DNA of 64,000 bases, taken from NCBI RefSeq assembly GCF_964355755.1, contig NC_092677.1:10438101-10502100 (forward strand), given 5' to 3'. The stretch comes from Antedon mediterranea. Lineage: Eukaryota > Animalia > Echinodermata. Positions 52,142-64,000 of the stretch are shown piece by piece; the stretch's first letter is position 1; every line of letters starts with the position of its first letter. The notes below the pieces were generated by a model. The model was not told the origin of the DNA and did not search any database. It saw only the letters and a program-made list of their open reading frames with translations. The position numbers and the translations under genes were made by a program.

Positions 52142-55118
52142 TCATCGACCTTCTCGAACATGTGCGCCAGCTCCATTATCAATATCATCGTCTGCTCCTA
52201 AATATGGTTCAGAAGATAGAAATACACCTTTTCTTGGAGGAGGCAGATTCCGCCGTGCCGTAACCGGTGTAGAATCAGTACTTGTTAACATCAATGCTGA
52301 AGGTAGACTCTGTGACGAAGGAAAGCTTCCATCTGGTGAATTCGTGTCTGAATATTCATCTGGAGGCGGTGGCATTGGTGATATTCTATAAGGCGGACGC
52401 CTATGAGACCGTGGGCTGTTGGTACCACTTTCTGGTTCGTATAACACTTTACCTCTGCGTCCTAGCCCAGGCCTAGGCTCACGTCTACCATTGGGTTCAT
52501 TGTTATTTTGACCCTTAGTTTGCGCAGAATTGTCCCTTTTATTTCCTGAATCCGGTTCTTTCTCTATTGATAAACTATCATTTTCAGATCGCGCTTCATT
52601 GATATTGCTAAACACAATAGGTGAACCAGTGTCATCGAGAAAAACACCTTTGGTAGAACCATTTGGTTTGTTAGGCCTATCACGAGGACTATTATTCTCA
52701 GATCTCACCACAATAAACACATTTCTGAGAGCAGTAGCCTCGCGTTCTGTGGTCCTTACGGTATTTTGACTCTGTCGAGTCTGTGAGTCTTCCCTATTTT
52801 CTTGTTTAGGGTCATCGCTACAATCACATCCCGCGCATAACGCACCAGAACAGATGAATTTGCAGAAGTACTTGCTATGTTTTGTACAGCAAGAGCAGGG
52901 CTTCTTGGAGAAGCGACGTCTGCGGCAACATCCACATATCCAGGCAAAATAACCGGGTCTCCAGCAACACCAGTACAGTACAAAAGGAGATAGTACACCG
53001 ATTACTGCTAGACTGATCCATAGTGGCATTAAATCGGCTGGTTCGTTTACTGAAATACAAATCATAATTGTTGAAAGCGATAATTAAAGAAGAGTATTAT
53101 TGTGCACAATAATGGCACCTCTAGCATTTTCTAGTATTACATTTTTTGTAAACTTCTTTATTTTACACCAACAGAGTAAAAGACCAATAACATGTCGAAT
53201 ATTATTATACATAATATATAATAAAGTAGGCCTACGTAAAAAACTATGGAAACCACACAAATATTGGTATGGTTCCCGTAGGCATGATGTATACACGTTT
53301 ATAGGAATCCTTGTTGAATACAATTTTTTAAAGCGACTTACTTGGACAAAATGAGGGAGAACCATCAGATTGATCGCTATAATCTTCTGCTCCACAGTTG
53401 GAGATGTTCTGCCTGTCACAGACGACTTCTGATGATATGCAACGTTTGGTTGTGCTACACTGAAAATCAGATGACTGACAGTCTGATTCTGCAAAGAAAC
53501 ACATGGACAATTTTAGAAAACAAGATCGAACTTTGAACTTTGACATGATAAGGAAGATTAGTTTTGAAGATGATATATATATATATATAATATGTAGAAT
53601 ATAAATAGAAGTGTGTAATAACCAATCAAATACAAAACTTACCAGAATTAAATGCTGTGAAAACTGCCCTAAAATCAATAACGCTCCAGTCTCCATTAGA
53701 AGTCACACGAATCGTCATACTGGTTCCCGTCGACTCTACAACGCTCGGTCTAACGGTACCACACGGGTTCTGAAGAAGCACAGCTGAAGTGGATGATGAA
53801 CCGTCATATAACCGTAACGAGGCATGAGAACAATTAGTATTATCTCCATACCTGAAACAAATTATGAAATTACTGCTTTTTGATAACTTCTTTAGAAAAA
53901 AAAATATAGGTCTACTGTACACGAGGCCTTTTACATCTATCCAGAAGTTGCATCTGCGAGTGAAAGGGCCATTTTCGGTGTATATAAATTTAGGCCTAAG
54001 TGTCTAAGGTGAGGTTGAGCTAATTAATATTTTACAACCCGTTCGGTATGTAAAATATGTCACAAAAAAGCTATTATTGAAAACTGATCTTTATTAAGTT
54101 GTTGCACTGAGAATGTATTACGTAACATAATTACGTATTAGGTAACTCTGGTGTATACTAACCTTTCTCCGATGTCAAACCATCGAAAGTCAACCATAAC
54201 TTTGGTAAAATCTCCCATTGCAGTTACCGTGTAGGAACAATCAGTTGTTTGGTTAAAATAGTCATATCGACCCTGTGTTGAATGAGATGACATGACGAAC
54301 CCGTAGGTTTCTATCGTTTGACCACAGTTAGAATTTAATAACGTTACTGAAAAAAATATCATAAATTAAATTAATTATGGTTTATCTATGATTTTTAATA
54401 ATTTATTCTTCAAATTCAATAAATCAAAAACAATAATAAAAGATGGAAAAAATTACCAAAAGAAAATGAGAGCAAAAGAAGACACGGTAACGATATAAGC
54501 TCAAAATCTTGTATTTTCTTAATTGTTAAATGTTTAAGCTAATCTATAGTAATGATAACAACAATTTTAAATGTAAATATGTATATGTTTGTATGATGTA
54601 GTATGTTTAAGCGGATATTAGGCCTTGATGGCATTTGCAGAAAATTTAATTTAATTGAATTGCCTTTTTGAAATACACTGTACAGTATAAGGAACTTCTA
54701 TAGGAAATGTATAAAGAGACAATAAAATGTTTGTTTAACCCTAGAATGTCATCGTGGACTAAAGAAAACATTATTACAACTTTGTTTCTTTGTAAAATTG
54801 CATGTTTTCATTAAATTACTTATGGAATGTACACACGTTCTTTTTAAAGACGATAGGCCTATTTAAATGTAAAACTTGTGTTGTCTGATCTGCAATTATA
54901 ATTGAATAAACAATGGTTCTTATGCTTTTTAATCCGTACTACACGGAGTTGGTCTGCACTGAAAGTTATTGTAATTAATGAACTAATAATCAATATTGTT
55001 TATACTAACCTGTATCAAGCGAATCCCTAGATCCTGTGTCACTTGTGGTCGCACGATTACACTCGGAACTCTTCCTAACCAGGCATCCTAGTAACACGAC
55101 AGGAAATAAAATCCTCAT
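52142..55118 (-). CDS. LDLRAD2-like signal peptide-CUB-LDLa-TM protein, about 518 aa
   Basis: Exons: 55010-55118, 54163-54346 (CGQTIETYGFVMSSH...TDC...DFRWF, resembling the LDLRAD2 CUB start CGQTWQGDGLLLRSH...TDC...QFRFF as recalled), 53643-53851, 53342-53488 (LDLa ending SDQSDGSPSFCP), 52142-53049 (TM, YWCCWRPGY, Cys cluster, Pro/Ser-rich tail). Sum 1557 nt in frame. Confidence 0.9.
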
Positions 55119-55941
55119 CTTACAGGTGCGAATCTAAATGAGCCACCGACATGTTTGATGATTTACCATTACTACTCTGAAGTTAGAAACTTCACCGTGT
55201 TACCATGGACGCCCTGAAGTAGCGTCCGAAAATGTGAACCGTGGTTCGTGTGCTGCTATACAAATAACGAAGTTCTGCGGTTCTGCTAGACTGATTTTTC
55301 ATAGTAAATGGCCCTGTGCAACATTATCAACGAGCTTTCGAAAATAAATACAACGTAGGAAAAGACTATGTAGTCTGTATTAGTTTCTGCTGTTTAAATA
55401 ATGTGACCCGACACGCTAACGTAAGCCAAAATTGTCTCCCCTTCACAACGATACATTGTTGACCGCTTCATTTACCCGTTTTCACTTCTTTCTAATTCTC
55501 GAAATTGAATATCTTAAGTATTTCATATAAATGGTAATTACTTCAATGAGTATAACAGAAAAAAAAAACGTGTGATGAGTTTATTTATTTGATATAAAAC
55601 GTGAACGTACACATTTGGTATTTATATACATACAGTGTAGGCATATGTTGCTTGTATAAAAATAAAAAATGTTTATCTAATACACAATATCATATATATA
55701 TATACAATAATCAGTCTTATATAATTTTTTTTAAATTTAAAAGTATTAATATAAAAGAAAAATTGTTAAATAACTTAATGCAACAAGCTACGGTACGGGG
55801 TTGTATTTAAATATATAATACTGTATAAAAATAAATTAATTTAAGTATATTTTGCGTCTGCTCCTGGCGTTATGTAATTTAATATATCTACTGATATAAA
55901 CCGGACTACCACAATATTTAATAGGATTATGTGGTTAATGG

Positions 55942-58735
55942 CTATAATACGATACGAGGAATTGTGCCACGATACAACAACAACCCACCAATGGGCGGGA
56001 AAGAAGGTACCATGTTACTGACAGCCCGATTTTCAATGATTGTTTGCCGTAACGTCATAGGCAGACAATGCTGTTGATAGATGTGATGGTGATGTGCAAG
56101 TCCAGGATGTTGAGGAAATTGTTGCAGTTGTGTCACTGGGTAATGGATGACGTTTTGAAGTCGTGCCAGAGATGGCATTGACGCTTGAGTGCTGGTGCGT
56201 TGATTGACGGTAACCTCATATGACATCGATGGTATAGGCCTACTTTTGGCTACTGGGCCTTGCTTTATTGGTGAGTCTTGTTGATGTACACCAAACGATG
56301 AAGAATATATACTTGATATCGGGGAAAGCGTTCGTTCTTCGTTGTCCTACAAGAAAAATGCATTTACCATACATTAAAATGTTTCTCTAACAGTATAGTA
56401 TTTTTATTTTTTTCGGAATAATATAGTAATATTAATAGCATTATAACTTAATACGGTTTTTGTTGTAATGAAAACCTATCATCAACATTGCTTATGTATC
56501 ACATTCAACCAATCACGAACTAGAAATTCCCACTGCTGTGGACAATCAGGGAAATGTAATTTAACTCTTCCCTGGGACAATACCATTCTTTGTTTGGTTG
56601 GTTACTAAAGCAGAACAACATTTTAATCGAAATGTCTTTGAGACATTCCGACTTCTTTGTTACACCAAACAAATTAGAGATTAGACAATGGAAATAAAAG
56701 AATTCATCAAGAAAGACACTTATAGAGTTTAAGAGACTACTTTGGTTCTAATCCAATTAATAATTAAGAAAATTAGTTTTTCTGATGAAAGCAAGAAGAA
56801 ACTTTGTAACACACAATTCATTTATTGTTCTATAGCCCTAACTGTATATAAAGAGTTAGCTAATAATAGTTTGACAAAAGGACGCCAACAAATTAGTTTT
56901 CCCCAAATGTATTGCAGAAAACGTGAGTCATGTCCAGTTCTTAAGTCATGAAATGTTCTTACCTTTAACATCTTATATCTTTCATCTTTATCGGGAAGTA
57001 TATGTTCTGATATCCGTATCTTTTTAACATCTGTAAAACATATTTATGTTCAATGTTAGTAGAGAAAGGGTGAGAAAACATCGTATCCAGTTAATAAAAA
57101 TTTAAATATTCTAAGTAAATAATTATATCTAAAAAGTAGTGCAAAACTGGACAATTTCTATGAATATTGAACATTTATCTGTCTATAAATACATTACCAT
57201 TTATAATTGTTTGATTCTATAATACAACAAAATATATTTTGTACTTTTTTAAACTGCTAATAAAAATATATTATTGTGGTCTGTTGATTAGGTAGTTTAA
57301 CAAGTTTTGATTAACTAGAATGAAAGTGTAGGGACAAAAGATTCCAATCAACTGATGATTAAGGATTAGGCCTAATCTATACACCAGTAATCTGCCTAAA
57401 CGATTGAAAAGAAGTGGCGCCCTTAGTACAGGTGTATTATGAACTGTAGTTATCGTTGGCAAAATACACCTCAATTAATTTGTACATCTGGTTTAATTAA
57501 GTCTGATCTTATTATGGCAATCTTGTTAATAAGCTTCGAATTAAGCCTAAACAACGTTTTACATTGTAAAAAGAGTTTTTACAGAGACCGCCATTTGGGG
57601 CATGCGCAGTAAAAACTTTAAATAAAAAAACACAAGGCAGTCAAATTGAATAGTTTCTATTCTGTAAATGTTATAGAGTTATAATCAAGTAATATATAAA
57701 GTAATTAAAAAAAATATTGAATAACAATTATTCTTTGATATTGAATTTTGCAATAAACAAATCAAATTAAATTATATAAAAATTAAATAATCTGATGCCT
57801 TTTGAGTTTGATGTTTTGGAATTATAAAACTATAAAATGTTAATTTGCTAGAACCCACAACCTACAGATCGCTAGCCTGGCATTGACCATCTAGCTTGTG
57901 TATGGTGGCTAAAGATAGATTCGAGTTCACGGAAATGTTAATGGTTACTGACTTACTTTGTTGTATTTGTACTTCAATGTCTTCTTGTTTCATGGCTTCT
58001 GCTTTGGTTTCATGTTTCCGTTTCTTAGTTTTGGAAATTCCCAAAATATTTTCAACTGAGAAAGAAATTTTGCAATTTTTGCTCGAAAATTGCTTCTCTG
58101 TGGATCCTTTTGAAGTAGAACACTCGATTCTAGCATTGTTTTCCAAGTCTTCATTTTCTTCTTTAATGTTCAAAAGTTTTCCATTTGTTTCTGATATGTT
58201 ACTAAAGTTGTCCAGACTTGAAGAACTATTTCGCAAAATTCTATTAATTGAGCTGATACTTGGAAGATTGTCTTTACTGCAGATGCCCTTAGCCATCAAA
58301 TGATCTCGGATCTCCCAGGCAAACATAGACGAGTTTTCCTGTTTGAATTCGATTATCTTACAAATTACAAAGGGTGTTGACACTCTGGGCTTACTTCCTC
58401 CGATAGCTCCTGGTAATATTGAACCTGTCTCTGCAAATCGACTCAATATTTTACTAACACATCCATGAGAAACCAGCAGCTGACGGGATATGTCACATGG
58501 TCGAAATCCAAGATGTGCCAATTCTAATATACGATGGCGTATGTGGAGTGGTAGAGGACGACCATTTGCAAAAACTCCACCCAACTGGTTGATGCCGCCA
58601 TGACCTAAAAGAAAATGATACTATTTAACTAACATACCCCCTTTCCCCATCTTGGTAAACCAGTATCATACGAAATATGACATTTTAATTTAAAAGTCAA
58701 TATTTACCTGGTCTTGTTAGCAAACCTTGTAACAT
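55942..58735 (-). CDS. Paired-box transcription factor without homeodomain (PaxA/Pax-alpha/Pox-neuro-like), about 382 aa
   Basis: Exons: 58708-58735 (start tentative), 57957-58604 (complete paired domain [19 protein letters not shown]...[12 protein letters not shown] and eh1/octapeptide SFSVENILG), 56963-57030, 55942-56346 (P/S/Q/H-rich). Sum 1149 nt in frame. Confidence 0.9.
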
Positions 58736-61700
58736 ATTTCATATAAAATAAACTTTTAAATATGGGCTCAAATCACTGTCGAACTGGTTGTTGAACAAGA
58801 GTATAACAAGACTTCGCGGACAAGTCTTAATTGCTTCTGAGAGTCACTAATCTAGACCGTAAATACATATATTTGTCTAAACCAAATTACACCTTGTTAT
58901 AGTGTATCTTTGGCTTTGGAAGTCATGTAAAGTCACCGCTATCTGTCTTATTGATTAAATTGACTAAACTTTGTTTTCAATAGATATTGTTACTCCTGAA
59001 AGAATAAGAACTAGATAATGTCGCCTAATCAGCGACCGCCTATAAGTTGCTCACTAAACAATATGAAGCGTATTCTTCTAATTTAGACAAGATTATCTGT
59101 TCTTTCAAAGAGCAATGGTCCGTGGAAGATATTTCAAATATTCAAAAACTGTTGTAAATTCCATTCCAATTAGATTATTCATTGTTAATTAAAAATAAAT
59201 GTAAGGTTATTCATTTACTTTTAATTATTCATTAATTTAACCATACTTCTTAATAATGACACAGCCAGATGATTTAATGGACTCATGTTAATGCGCACGT
59301 TCTGGAAAATTCTGAACGAATTGTTTTTAAAATTGTATTGTTTCGAGTTCGAAAGAAAGCTTTTGTTTCTTTCAATATAAATAAAAGAAAAGCCCGGAAT
59401 GAAAATATTGAACTTAACAATTGTTTTGTATTTGAACAAGAAAGTTTGAGATAATTTCATGTAAAAGAGCATATGTGCAGATTGTGCTTTAAACACAGCA
59501 GTAATACTATATTTATTAAACGTATTTAAACGTATCTAAATCACAATAACGATATTTGTAATGCCCATATAGAAAGTCAACCTTTGAAACGAAAAAGTAT
59601 TTAGACTGACAGATTAAATGAAGCCCGTTATTTCTAACAGCAAACATTACCAAAATTAGCTAACTTTATTGGCTAATACACCTTGATGAATAACAAATCT
59701 CTTTTATACTAATTAGAGAATAAGAACTTTATAATTGATTATATTTATTATTCGACTCATGCCTTCATTATTATTGTTGCTAAACCCAAGGCTGGTCACG
59801 GCGGCTCAAAATACACACACATACGCATTAACAATCATTTATTGTATCGATTGATTGGAGCTTTTTTTTAGTATTGTAAGTTTGGTACCTACCACCATTA
59901 AGTATTAATGAGCGATACCTAGGCCTATACAGGACATAGCCTATCATTTTTGAGACATTAGGCCTATATTTATCTATAAATTTAAATTAAGTATGGCTAC
60001 GATATACCCACTAACTCTCACCCCTCGCAAGCTTATGGCGGCGGTTTTGCCATTATAATGTGTAATGTAACATTTCGTGTTGATATATTAATGTTTAAGC
60101 TTAACAACGCATTATCGTAGTACGTGTCATAAACCCCAGGCTCTCGCATCCCATTTGCGTATAAGCTAAATTTGGCATAAGTTAAAGGCCTAATTCATAA
60201 TGTTATTTTGTTGTGTAGTACGGTACAGTACACTGTCTATATCTTCAGGTTCCAGGTGGGGTTTTCTCAAGATATACCATAGGCCTATTCGAATGGTTAA
60301 TTTATAAGCCTATGAATAACGGTTACAAGCGATTAACAATTGCGAAGTCTCATCGGTTACTAAGTACTCCAGTAACATAGTTCATTAAGTCTCCTTATAT
60401 TAATTCAAAGAGTTTAATAAACAAAACCAGGCTAATTCTACCCATTGCTACTTAAGCTCTTCACTACATCATAATGAATAGTCCTAAGTCACTAGGCTAT
60501 TTGAAGAAGTAGCTATTGATGAGGATAATACGCCTTTCTGATGAGGTTTACCACTTTCTCACAAAGAAAACAATTCCGGTGTTATAGGCCTAACAGTGTT
60601 TCATATAATAACAACTCAGAATCAAAATCGGACATTTAGCCTGTCTTGTAACTGTTCAACAAAATATGGTTAACTTGAAAAAGAAGATGTAATAATGTCT
60701 CAAGTTACAGAAAATGATTATGATATAGCCCTAATATATTTAAACTTTCTTCGATCAAATTGTAAAACACACAGTACATAAAACGACTTCAGCTTTTACA
60801 TTGCATGAATGCCTTTTAGATTTTACAATAATCATATTTATATAATTAACAGAAAATTCTTACCCGTCTTTACTTTATTCAACATTGTTGCAGTAGGTTG
60901 AATCAGTGTGTAAGTTGTATATTCAGTTTGTTTTACTTGAAAACTAAGCGCCTCTAACACGGTTTTTACCGATTTCTTTAGTACAATTTGATTACTGAAT
61001 GCCACAACGAGAAGGCCTAAACTAACTGTAAACTTCGAACAAACCGCAGTGATAAATGCAAAATAAACCGACACCATTCTGTATAATTATAAGCAATCGA
61101 GTAAATTACCTTTGGCACCAGTTTAAATTGCTCTTCTATTATAATCTATTTAAAAAGAAGATGGTGTCTATCTTAATTGAGTATTGTATTGTATTGTTTG
61201 AAGCCACGCTAATCTCGTCTTTTTAAAGATGTAGGCCTATTTGTTCAAGCGCGGGTCTGTATTTTCTCTGCTTGGTGCCGCGGAGGATGATCGCACAGCA
61301 ATTAACTTTCAAGATTTTCTTTAATAAATCTTAAATCCTATAGTCTCTATGTAGTGTCAAAATTATATACTTGCAGTGTAGATAAACAGATCATAGTGTA
61401 TAATAAGGTTCTGATCGTTTTCAATTAATGGTTTATACAACAAAGATGAATCCGTATTATGTGAGACAATTTGACCATTGTACAAGCTTGGCGCCACTTG
61501 AAAAAATCTCTTTTTTTACAGGAAGGAGTATAAATTCTCAGAAAAAGGTATTAGTAATATATAGGCCCTAATTAAGGTTGTGATTGCAGCAATTACACGT
61601 CACATTTGACATTGTTCCTAAAATAGTACCCCTTTCCGTTTAGTAAATACAGTAAAAATAAGATCATCTGATGATCTGTTTAAACAAAAAGGAAATTTTA

Positions 61701-62524
61701 CAATAAGAGTACTCAGGTTAGGCCTACATAAATCTAAATACTTAACACACAATTTATATATAATAAATGTTTATTTGCATGTAACATAAGTGCAATTATC
61801 ATATCTAAAATACTATACTACAAATAAAAGTAGGTACACATTAAACAAAACGAACAATTTACTGCATGGTGTTCGAACCGAAAATATAACAATTTATATT
61901 ACAGGACTGATTTACAAAAAGACATGTATTATTCTGTATTTTTTCAACTGATACAATACATGTTCAATGTTAATTCATCCTCTTCATTAGTCACTATTTA
62001 GTCTGTTGTTACTTTGCCAGGTTTCAAGTTAGGAAACTGACTCAGCTTGGAACTTCCGTTGCTGAAAAAAATGAAAAACGACTTTGGATTTTCTGCAGCT
62101 GCCCAAGACATGTTCCTAATTATTCAGAGATATCCTATACCAATATTGTACATTAATGATTGTTGATCTATTTTTTTACAAATAATGTGATTCATATGTT
62201 GAACGTTTCGCTGGTCCACGGCGAAGCATGCTAAACAGACACATTTTGTTCGCGGAATTCCTATTGCTAAGTTTTGTTTTGATTTTAAATAAACGTACAA
62301 GGATTCATATTTATTTTATTTGTATACACTTGCAATTTAACAAAACTAGTAATCGGGTTTACAAAATTATATAAAAGATTTTTGAGGATCCGAATTAACG
62401 CACCCTTTGTAACCAAAACCCTCAAAATGTCTATTGATACAATAGAGAAGTTTCGACCAATCCCAAAGCACAAGATGACGTTAATAGACTAAAAACATCA
62501 CATGTTATATAATCACGTGTGTTA

Positions 62525-62622
62525 AGCTCTGTCTACATTATCAAATTATATGTGACAAAGAAATGTGATGTGCCCATATATGGGCACGATGGCGTAATCA
62601 CATTGACAGTTTAGACATAGTT
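62525..62622. mobile_element. PIF/Harbinger MITE family A copy, internally deleted
   Basis: TTA|AGCTCTGTCTACATTATCAAA...GACAGTTTAGACATAGTT|TTA. Confidence 0.7.
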
Positions 62623-63102
62623 TTAGACTATTTTAGTTACATCAAAACTGTTTTATGAAATGCATTCAGCTTGTATAGAACAAAGTATTTAATACTCAGG
62701 TCAACTAAGGTAAAACATTAATTAATACAGGTAATTTTTGTAATAATTATGTGAAATTATCCAAACTTTAATAGTGACATACATATTTGTTGAAAGTAAT
62801 AAACATCAACTTTAAATCGATAAAATGTAAATACCTTAATTTGTAAAACAACATTATATAAAACTAAGTAGGCCTAGAAAACGAAAAAGTTATGTCCACA
62901 GACACAGCAAATCAGAAAGTGTATAATGTTAGAGAACTGGTCAGTTCGTTCCATGAAATGTGAACGCATGTAAACGAACATTTAGACCCTGCTGCAATCA
63001 TCATCGGAAACATTATGTATTTTGTTTTTTTAAAGCTTTGAGATATATGACGACAATATTCCCTCAAAAACATTAATGTGCATTATTGCTCGTATCAATC
63101 TC

Positions 63103-63999
63103 TTATATTTTAGAATGTGATCGTCTTGCTTTTTTCCTGGAATATCTGATAAGCACTAACGCTAAGATAACCACTATGGCAACAACTAATAAGACAAACA
63201 CGACGATAACTACCGGATGAAGAGTGCTTTTATCAACCAAAGGTGATTGCATTGTTGGCGCAGCCGTCCATGATGTCGTCGCTGTATCCGTTCCAATTTT
63301 GATCGACATTGCCGCTCCTTTACTCAACCTTCCATCTGGTGTTTCAACTTCACATTCGATCACTGAATTGTTGTCGCTCTGTTTTAAATTGGTTATAGTT
63401 AGTACACGATTGTTTGCTTTCAGTTCAAACCTTCCGGTCATCATTATATCAACATCAACTTTGCTCCAAGAGTATTTGACATTTTCTCCCGATATCTCAC
63501 TACAGACAAACGTAGCATTATCACCTACTTTATAAAATGCCTTGTCAGCTCTGACTGTAGCTACTGGAGATCGTGGAAGAGGTATGATAGTACAGAATGG
63601 TTCGTGAGCAAACGCATTTGAGATGGCTTTGCAACGAAATATGGCACCTTCGTCTGCGCGTTGTAATATCTGATAGTAAGCTAAGGTTGTTGTACCCGCT
63701 TGGTTTAAGACTTCCCGACCGTTAATGTCCCATAACAATGTAGGAGTAGGCATCAGTCCTGATGCTGTTGCTGCTGAGCACGTTAGAGTAATTGTATCCC
63801 CAATTTTTGGTTTAGTTGGAGAGACATCGCAAGTAGGTGCACCTTCCATCGGCACTTCAAGTGTCAGAGTAGCTTGTGCCAATTTCATGAAGGTTTGACG
63901 TGAATCGATATACCCACATTCATAAAGACCACCGTCAATATCTTGAGCATCAGTAATCTGTAGATGGAAATCACGCTTCTTATTGTTCCAAGTGACTTT
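63103..63999 (-). CDS. Ig-superfamily type I membrane protein, 5'-partial
   Basis: Open frame from the window edge. End of a V-like domain (FHLQITDAQDIDGGLYECG), two C2/I-like domains (ITLTC...LLW...DEGAIFRC; ATFVC...YSW...DNNSVIEC), Thr-rich stalk, TM VVIVVFVLLVVAIVVILALVLI and short basic tail RYSRKKARRSHSKI. Confidence 0.88.
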   Translation of the reverse strand, partial: KVTWNNKKRDFHLQITDAQDIDGGLYECGYIDSRQTFMKLAQATLTLEVPMEGAPTCDVSPTKPKIGDTITLTCSAATASGLMPTPTLLWDINGREVLNQAGTTTLAYYQILQRADEGAIFRCKAISNAFAHEPFCTIIPLPRSPVATVRADKAFYKVGDNATFVCSEISGENVKYSWSKVDVDIMMTGRFELKANNRVLTITNLKQSDNNSVIECEVETPDGRLSKGAAMSIKIGTDTATTSWTAAPTMQSPLVDKSTLHPVVIVVFVLLVVAIVVILALVLIRYSRKKARRSHSKI

Positions 64000-64000
64000 G

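Noticed and set aside
57862-58584. Paired-like domain as a Tc1/mariner transposase remnant
   Set aside because: Full canonical paired domain with eh1 motif and spliced flanking exons. No DDE domain or TIRs.

Overview
AT-rich eukaryotic (animal) DNA, most likely an invertebrate deuterostome such as an echinoderm (inferred from gene content and repeat types). It is not prokaryotic and has no CRISPR array. Six protein-coding genes were reconstructed by hand from GT-AG boundaries and frame continuity. (1) CEP192/Spd-2 on the minus strand: 34 coding exons, 14709-39422, about 3013 aa, all exon phases consistent. (2-4) Three signal peptide-CUB-LDLa-TM receptor genes (43148-47348 +; 48454-51025 -; 52142-55118 -), the last two LDLRAD2-like with a shared Cys-rich juxtamembrane motif. 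(5) A homeodomain-less Pax gene (55942-58735 -) whose paired domain mixes PaxA/Pax-alpha/Pox-neuro and Pax1/9 signatures. (6) The 3' part of an Ig-superfamily membrane protein (63103 to window end, -). No gene could be found in the first 13 kb, which holds satellites, a 775-bp foldback element with a 6-bp TSD and a tRNA-like sequence. Introns carry many non-autonomous transposons (Harbinger MITEs, a 3.8-kb Kolobok-type element, a Helitron, a Helentron/HINE, mariner MITEs, SINEs). Most notable unexplained signals: a TSD-flanked 177-bp insertion carrying a minimal hammerhead ribozyme in sense orientation inside a CEP192 intron; the unusual Pax gene; the Cys/Arg-tailed CUB-LDLa receptor cluster; and a sharp compositional boundary near 39.3 kb (CpG-poor and MITE-rich on the left, CpG-rich and TAGGCCTA-rich on the right). 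All family assignments come from recalled motifs, not database searches.
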